Shown here piece after piece: positions 51,699 to 64,000 of a stretch of 64,000 nucleotides of DNA. The DNA is from Eledone cirrhosa (lineage: Eukaryota), in contig OZ024743.1 in the NCBI GenBank assembly GCA_964016885.1, forward strand, positions 359,290,001 to 359,354,000, written 5' to 3'. Position 1 is the stretch's first letter. Every line of letters begins with the position of its first letter. The notes beneath the pieces were generated by a model. It was not told where the DNA came from and did not search any database. It was given only the letters and a program-made list of their open reading frames with translations. The position numbers were made by a program, and so were the translations under genes.

Positions 51699-51740
<42 letters not shown>

Positions 51741-52182
51741 GATATAACCTAATGTTCAGGCTGTTTTGTTTGGATTGTAGCGCAGTGGGTTCAATTTCCG
51801 GACAAGCTATTATGTTGTGGTGAATTACAAGTTAAAATACTTCACAGTCAATTTAACATAATAACTACCTTTAGCTTCAGTTAGTGTAACGAAGTATAAA
51901 CACTTGTGATAGCTGCCACGTGAGATTTCATGTTTCATCGAGTGTAATAAACATTAGTAATAAATGCTTGATTGCAATGACTACTTGTGCAGATTAATGT
52001 TTTCCTTGGTGGTGCGTTGTGTGCTTGAGCAAGACACTTTATTTCACGCTGCTGTGGTACATTTTGCTGAAAAGTGGGTTGCCCTGCTCAGGAGAAGGTT
52101 ATAAGCTCGAGAGAGATTTTAGTGTTTAAAATCTCTCTCTTTCTCCCCCCCCATATATATAGAGAGATTCACACACACACAC

Positions 52183-52410
<228 letters not shown>

Positions 52411-52440
52411 CTATACATATATATATATATATATGTATCT

Positions 52441-52578
<138 letters not shown>

Positions 52579-52708
52579 GTGAAGTTATTTTACAAAATGA
52601 AAAATAACCGAGGTATCCTACACGAGTGAAAGTATAAAGAAAAAAAGCTGAAATCGAAAATGCAACTGGAGTCTTATTTAAAAAAAATATATATATATTT
52701 ATTTGGTT

Positions 52709-52746
52709 CCTTTACCGGTTTCGCAGTTCTTCTGCTTTTCAAAAGT
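52709..52746 (-). ncRNA. Minimal hammerhead, U3:A8 variant
   Basis: ACTT-TTGAAAA-GCAGaagaaCTGC-GAAA-CCGG-TA-AAGG. Confidence 0.7.
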
Positions 52747-53393
52747 AGAGTTGAGATGGAGGGTCTGTGGTTTTTCTCTCATCTGGTTGGTCTTTGAATG
52801 TTACTTGTTTTATATGGAAAAAAGTGGTTCGAAACGCCACGATTTTAGAGCAGTAATTTGATTGGTTGGTCAATAAATATAATAAATTTTGCTCCAGTTC
52901 GCGCTACAAAGTTCTTCAAACAGGGGGAGGGGGGATCAGGTTGTTTTTTCATATATGAGTGTTTGAATTACCTTTTACTTAAAAAAAGGGGCGCACGAAG
53001 GCTTTTTCGAAAAAAATGTAATCTGATTGGTTATAAATGAAATTATGGTTGTCACGTGAACAAGTTCATTAGATTTCGCGCCTGTATTTCGGAATTTGTT
53101 TTGTATCCTTTTAGAGCATTTTATGACAATAAAAAAAAGTGGGTCACGAAGGCTTTTTAAAAATATGCAATTTGATTGGTTATAAATTAAATTATGACTG
53201 TCACGTGACCAAGTTCAGCGCCCGTATTATTTACCTTGTAGCCATTTAGATAACTTTATGACAAGCAAAAGAATGGTCAAGAGAAATGGGATGGGAGAAT
53301 TGTTCTGGTTCAGTGAATATGGCTAGTTCGCTGGGGTGTCAGAGTTCAGATTTACTATTGAAATAAAGAAAGTAGACATATGTATGTTTATTT

Positions 53394-53432
<39 letters not shown>

Positions 53433-54734
53433 GGAAGATGATTCTATTGGTAGAAATGGGGGAGGGGGTTGTGTGTGTATATGGGTGTTATGTGTGTGTG
53501 TGTGGGAGTATGTTAAGATGGAGAGAATATATATATTTTGTGTGTGTGTGTAGGAAAGTGATTCTATTAGTAGAAATGGTGGAGGAAGTTGTGTGTGTGT
53601 GAGGGGGGTGTTGAGGGTGTTATGTGTGTGTGGGAGTATGGTTAGCATGTTAAGATGAAGAGAATATATATTGTGTGTGTGTGTGTAGGAAAATGATTCC
53701 GTTAGTAGGAATATTTTTCAATGAACATATTTTCCTTACTTATTCGTATTTGTTCTGTTGTATTGTCAGCGCAAAAGTGTGTTAAGGTTTAGTTAGTTCG
53801 GGTTTTTATTTTCTAAAGTAGGTGTTATGTGTGTGTGTATGTGTCTGTTTGGATGGTTAGCATGTTATGGTGTTGACATAATGTATATTAAACCATATTT
53901 AATGCTGGTCTATATTTTTGAATAAACATATTTTCCTTATTTATTCGTATTTGTTCTGTTGTATTGTCAGCGCAAAGGTAAAATGGTTAGACTTGGCATT
54001 ACTTGCGCAAATGTCTAGATGTGCGCTTAGTGGTATCTGTCTCGTGGTTGGATCTCGTAATTGTTGGCGATGAACTGTCATTCTATTTCTGAGTGTGAGT
54101 TTAGTTTGTCCTATATAATCTTCATTGCATCCTTTACATTTAATGGCATAAAGTATATTTTTTGATGAGCAAGTGAAGTGATTTTTTACAGCAAAATTTT
54201 GTCCTGATTTAAATGTATACGTGTTGCCTTCAATGGGGTGAGTGCAGGTTCCACAATTAGAGCGACCACATTTTTTGACAGTTAGTTGTGGGTTTGTGGT
54301 AGGTAATTTGGCATTGGTGAGTAATGTTTTCAGTGATTTCGGTTGTCTTTTGCTTTTGATTATTTTGTGTGTTTCAAGGGCTTTTTACATTCTTGGGTCT
54401 TGTTTCAGTAGTGGGATGTTCTTGTGAATAGTGTTGTAACCTTCCGCATTTCTTGGGTTGTGTGTTGAGATATATGATAGAATATTGGACGTACCTTGAA
54501 TTTTTTAAAGTAAAAGGTAATTCAAACACTCATATATGAAAGAAACAACCCGAGAACCCCCTTGTTTGAAGAACTTTGTAACGCGAACTGGCGCAAAATT
54601 ATATTTATTGACCAACCAATCAAATTATTTCTCTGAAAACCTGGCGTTTCGAGCCACTTTTTTTCATATAAAACAAGTAACATTCAAAGACCAACCAGAT
54701 GTGAGAAAAACCACAGACCCTCCATCTCAACTCT

Positions 54735-54774
54735 ACTTTTGAAAAGCAGAAGAACTGCGAAACCCCGGTAGAGG
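54735..54774 (+). ncRNA. Minimal hammerhead, U3:A8 variant (inverted arm)
   Basis: ACTT-TTGAAAA-GCAGaagaaCTGC-GAAA-CCCCGG-TA-GAGG. Confidence 0.65.
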
Positions 54775-54841
54775 AACCAAATAAATATATATATTAAAAA
54801 AAAATAAGACTCCAGTTGCATTTTAGATTTCATCTTTTTTT

Positions 54842-56540
<1,699 letters not shown>

Positions 56541-56551
56541 TATATATATAC

Positions 56552-56640
<89 letters not shown>

Positions 56641-56664
56641 AATATACGTACATATATATATATA

Positions 56665-56759
<95 letters not shown>

Positions 56760-56762
56760 GTA

Positions 56763-56796
<34 letters not shown>

Positions 56797-56813
56797 CATA
56801 TATACAAATATAT

Positions 56814-56928
<115 letters not shown>

Positions 56929-56979
56929 CATATAGTGACGAAACATAAATCAATTGCATGAACTCATAATCCTTTATTT

Positions 56980-57035
56980 ACTGCTATATATATTTCGAGG
57001 ATAGCCATTGAATGGCTATGACCTCATCAGGCAGT
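56980..57035 (-). ncRNA. Type I hammerhead in a 165-bp insert within (TA)n
   Basis: ACTGC-CTGATGA-GGTCATAGCCATtcaATGGCTATCCTC-GAAA-TATATA-TA-GCAGT. Confidence 0.87.
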
Positions 57036-57094
57036 TAGTCAGTTCTTAGATATGCCAGCTCTGTGTTTATAGTGTTGATGGTATCAGAGCCTTG

Positions 57095-57148
<54 letters not shown>

Positions 57149-57164
57149 AAAAAAAAAAAAAAAA

Positions 57165-57587
57165 ATAAATAAATAAATAAATAAATAAAAAAATAAATAA
57201 ATAAACAAATAGAAAAATATAAATAGAAAAATAGAAAAATGAACACAAACACACACAGACACCCGGATGTGGCGCATGCGCAAACTGAGCACACAACACA
57301 CACACAGAATACAAAATGGCGTAGGATAGAAGAAAGGAAAGGCACAGAAACGAAGAAAGGAATCCCCAGTCATTGAAGAGGTCACAGAGTGTGTGACGAA
57401 AGGACTATGACTATATATATAAACAACTATCTGGTTGTGGAACCAACCAACCAACCAGAAATTTATAAGTTTGTAAATTTGTAAATTTGTAAATTTATAA
57501 ATTTATAAATATATAATAAATTGAAGTGAAAGCAACTGGTGCGTGTGTTTCTTATTGGCAACATGACCCTCCCAAAGTATAACAATA
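57165..57587 (+). mobile_element. Second, diverged copy of the PLE 3' terminal repeat
   Basis: Aligns with 56210-56540. HHR AGTCA-TTGAAGA-GGTCACAgagtgTGTGAC-GAAA-GGAC-TA-TGACT at 57368-57412. Confidence 0.8.
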
Positions 57588-57667
57588 TATATATATACAT
57601 ATATATATATACATATATATACACATATATATATAAATATACATATATATATATATATATATATACC

Positions 57668-57713
<46 letters not shown>

Positions 57714-58063
57714 CATATATATAACTCACAGTTGGGTGCGGATGCATTCATGTATATATGTGTGTGTCCGCATGTATCTGTGTGTTTCTAAATATATTGT
57801 TAATAACTCCCTCTGGTCGAGCAATCTTTGAAGTGTGGGGACAGCTGGAAAGCTTCCATTACTCATACTTCTCGCCTTCTTCACCACCTCTTCTACGGCC
57901 TCGATATAAATACCCCCTCCGCCTCCGTGGTATTTTCTTCGGAGTTATAAGAGGCTTAGCTCTGTTTCTCGACCGTTATATCGCGTGACTATCTCCCCCT
58001 CCGCCTTTTGGGATTCTTTCTCACGTCGTGTAGACGCGTTCTTGAGACTAGTAAAATGAGGTA

Positions 58064-58153
58064 TCCTCTTGATAAGTCGGCAGACCTCGCAAGGACTCTA
58101 TGTCTTTATGATATATTGTTTTTGTTTATGCCACGAAACTACGTAGTCGAGGA
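58064..58153 (+). ncRNA. Type I hammerhead with U3:A8 core and 59-nt helix II, in a ~490-bp insert (57724-58220) within (TA)n
   Basis: TCCTC-TTGATAA-GTCGGCA...TGCCAC-GAAA-CTACGTAG-TC-GAGGA. Confidence 0.78.
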
Positions 58154-58225
58154 ATTTAGGAGCAGTTTAGGTATGATATATTTTATTACTAATTATATCT
58201 AAATGTTTCTTCTCTCTTCATAATG

Positions 58226-58261
<36 letters not shown>

Positions 58262-58267
58262 CATACA

Positions 58268-58388
<121 letters not shown>

Positions 58389-58392
58389 GTAT

Positions 58393-60338
<1,946 letters not shown>

Positions 60339-60345
60339 AAGGGGT

Positions 60346-60473
<128 letters not shown>

Positions 60474-61392
60474 TATATGGACAGTAGCAACACAAGAAGA
60501 TGTGAACTCCCCTCAAGCTATAGGGACTTCTACAGAACATGAAAACACCTCTCGGCCAGACCTCCCTCAAGCTATATGGACAATTACAACACCCTAGGTT
60601 GTGAACTCCCCTCAAGCCATAGGGAACAACCCAGGCGGAGCAGACACCATGATAGCCTAGAGATAGAATCGGACACAGCCATAATAATCTGGCCAACATC
60701 TATAACACAAACACTTTTAATTTACCAGATTTCTGACTTTAAAGTTCCAATCTTAAATCTTGATTTCTCTTTATTAATTTGTTATTTGTTTTCTGCCCTC
60801 TTCACTGTATAACCTTATATTTATTTTAAGTTGAGATAGATTATAACACAAACACATTGAATATCTCATCTTAACATCTTGTATCATACCAATCTATCCA
60901 ACATATTCTGACCTTGAGATTGGTTATAGCACACACACACACACTTTATCCTACATTATTTCTCACTTCTCCATATACATTATCATTACTTTTTCACCAA
61001 TCTCTCATTTACTCTTTATTCTTTATTCTCTATTTATTTATTTATTTTCAAATTACACAAATTATATTAATTATTTTATTTTATTATATTATTTATTTAT
61101 CTTCTGTTTTCTTCATTTATTGCCTTATATTTCTTCATATACATGAAAGAACCCCCCCCCCCCCCCGCCACCACCACTACGATGGTGGCGGGTGGGATGA
61201 AGAGAAAACACAAACTGAATACTTCTAAATTGTTAGCAGCAGCAAGGTATAAGCTGACCACTACAACAACAACAGTACCAAAATAATGGTGGAGGTCAAA
61301 TGTACTGAACAATAGCAGGCATAAACACCACAGGGAGCCTCACCCCAGAAATAATTCTATAGACTTCTGACTGAGGAATGCTCTCAGAACTG

Positions 61393-61563
<171 letters not shown>

Positions 61564-61577
61564 CATATATATATATA

Positions 61578-61778
61578 TTAGAAAGGGAGGGTTTTTTTAC
61601 AAAATAAAAAAAACCGAGATGTCGTACACAAGTGAAAGTATAAGGAAAAAAGATGAAATCGAAAATGCAACTGGAGTCTTTTAAAAAAATATATATTTAT
61701 TTGGTTCCTTTAGCGGTTTCGCAGTTCTTGTGCTTTTCAAAAGTAGAGTTGAGATGGAGGGTTTGTGGTTTTTCTCAT
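61578..61778 (-). mobile_element. Solo Neptune-like PLE 3' terminus with U3:A8 HHR (61707-61744)
   Basis: Matches 52571-52777 and is flanked by (TA)n on both sides. Confidence 0.85.
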
Positions 61779-61787
61779 ATATATATA

Positions 61788-61891
<104 letters not shown>

Positions 61892-61938
61892 TATATAAGA
61901 ATAATATTAAGAAATATGCTGAGGTTACATAAATCGTT

Positions 61939-62032
61939 TATTCATAATAATTATTTCAACAGTTCTTTTATGCAATCCATGATGCAATTTATGCATTCGT
62001 TGTTGTTATGAGAACTGTATCTTCAGGTGAAA
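61939..62032 (-). ncRNA. Type I hammerhead with ~62-nt helix II
   Basis: TTCAC-CTGAAGA-T-ACAGTTCT...AGAACTGT-T-GAAA-TAATTA-TT-ATGAA. There is one mismatch at the first stem I pair. Confidence 0.7.
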
Positions 62033-62519
62033 AATCCAATTCCGTGATATGCTTCTGGTAAAAAGCACGTCCCCCTACTCGTGCGCCCGGCTGACATATA
62101 AGTTCTAAAAGGATATTTCCCAGCCGTTGTGTTTACAATTTGTGGATCGAGGTGTTATCTATGTGTCAATTAGTGAATCTGTCCTCCTGTACCGACCTCA
62201 GAACTGTGGTAGTAAATTACCGAAAGAATAACCTTTCAAAAGTGCGGTGGGGACCTGTACCAGACAATAGCCTATACATAGCTAGATTTCAACAAATACT
62301 GGTAGTAATAAAAGGAATTCTGAGGGAGGGCAATATAATCAGTGTGATGATAGTCATATTCAAGACAACAGCAACAACTACAACAACATCAATCACATCA
62401 CCTACTGTGACTGCTGCAGTAGCATCGATAACAACACGCTATTAATGACAACAGCTTCATCAACACTAAATAGCCAATACAATTACCACCTAAGCTTTTA
62501 AGTGGTGAGAATAGAGGTT

Positions 62520-64000
62520 AATACCACTTATAAGCTATTAACCTCTATTCTCACGGAGAAAGCATACGTACTTTTGGAGGAGAACAATCTTTTCCCCATT
62601 GAACAAAAGGGGTGCCGACGAGGTTCATGTGGTTGTAAAGATCAACTCTTGATTAATCGTATGATCCTTGAAAACTGTCATTATAAACACAGAAATCTCA
62701 GTTCTGCATGGATCGACTACAAAAATGCTTTTGACAGCATACCGCACTCATGGATTCTGAAATCACTGGACATCTTCAAAATCTCAACTGTGATTTCAAA
62801 TTCCTGCAACACAATATGTCATTGTGGAACACACTTCTCCAATTATTTCATTCCAATGAAGTACTAAGTTCTAAGAATATAAACACCAACTGTGGCATTT
62901 TTCAAGGTGACTCACTTTCACCCTTACTTTTTTGCATAGCTTTAATTCTCCTTACATCCGAACTTAATAGAACAGGGTATGGTCACAAAATTGACAACAA
63001 GAAAATAAGCCACCTATTTTATATGGATGATTTAAGGCTATATTGCAAAGAAAATGACGAATTGCAAGACCTTTTGCAGACAGTAAAAACATTTAGTGAT
63101 GACATGAGGATGGAGTTTGGACTTGATAAGTTTGCCAAAGCCACTTTTAAGAAGAGGAAGCTTGTCAACTCAAATTCAGTTGAATTAGATGCTGAAACAG
63201 TCATAAAAGAACTTGAGCAGGAACAAACCTATAAATTCTTAGGGATTAATGTGCTCTGGCATTCAGCATGCAATTATGAAAAAGGATAAGGAAGGAATGT
63301 TACAGGAGAGTACGATCAGTTCTAAAATCAGAATTAAATGCTCATAACAAGGTGTTAGCCATAAATTCTTTGGCAGTTCGTTGTCACTTATAGCTTCGGT
63401 GTGTTGAACTGGAATATGAGTGAAATTAAAAGAATCGACACCAAAATCCGTAAGTTACTGACTTGTAATAGGATGCTCCACCCGAAAACAGATGTGGATC
63501 GTCTTTACCTTCTTAGAACTCAAGGAGGCCGTAGCCTGATCCAATTTGAACTTATCTACAAGACCACCACTATTGGACTGGCCAAATACCTTGAAACAAC
63601 AAACCACTGTATGCTGAAACTTGTTGAAAAACATAAGAGGAGTAAGAAGATTCATTCTATCTTGAAGGAGAGCAAAAAATATGCTACTGATCTCAGGCTG
63701 GACAGACTAAGGAAACTGTTGTAACTGATGCCGCTAAGCACATAAAATTAATGGCAAAAGCAAAAGGGCATGAGCAATTAGCATCAAAGTGGGAGCAGAA
63801 TCCTCTGCATGGCAAATATGTGGCCTGTAGCAAAGAAGCTGATGTTGACCAAAAGCACACCCATCAGTGGCTACGTACCTCAGGGCCAAAATCAGAGAGC
63901 GAAGGCTTCATCTTAGCTGTCCAAGATCAAAGCTTACTGACACGGAATTACCAGGCCAATGAGATGAGAAATGGTGTATATCCAAAGTGCCGATTCTGCA
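62520..64000 (+). mobile_element. R4/Dong-clade RT region, frameshifted, runs off the window
   Basis: YKLLTSIL..EQKGCRRG..CKDQLLIN..AWIDYKNAFDSIPH..GIFQGDSLSPLLFC..HLFYMDDL..MEFGLDK..RLYL..GGR..EGFILAVQDQSLLTRNY. Confidence 0.92.

Noticed and set aside
51775-52090. Possible additional SINE pieces (GGGTTCAATTTCC; TTGAGCAAGACACTTTATTTCAC)
   Set aside because: Too fragmentary to set boundaries without a library search.

Overview
Very AT-rich, microsatellite-dense eukaryotic (metazoan) DNA. The SINE/LINE repertoire resembles octopus/coleoid cephalopod repeats; this is an inference from recalled sequence, not a database check. No intact long host gene is visible. The window is mostly retroelements nested in microsatellites: at least five Penelope-like element (PLE) ORF remnants, three of them with inverted terminal arms; R4/Dong-clade, RTE, Tx1/L1 and CRE non-LTR elements; a mariner remnant; SINEs; and a non-autonomous RTE derivative. 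The main unexpected signal, invisible in the ORF track, is a dense population of type I hammerhead ribozyme (HHR) motifs. By manual reading, about 19 have both core boxes intact and 8 or more are degenerate or half copies. They sit in PLE termini and in small fold-back elements inserted in (TA)n. They include HHRs with a 60-100 nt helix II, two lineages with a compensatory U3:A8 core, family-specific palindromic helix III sequences, and a family that occurs as split half-ribozymes. A repeat-poor island at about 29.7-32.6 kb holds a candidate two-exon 68-aa secreted peptide gene. All folds and alignments were done by eye and coordinates of degraded elements are approximate.
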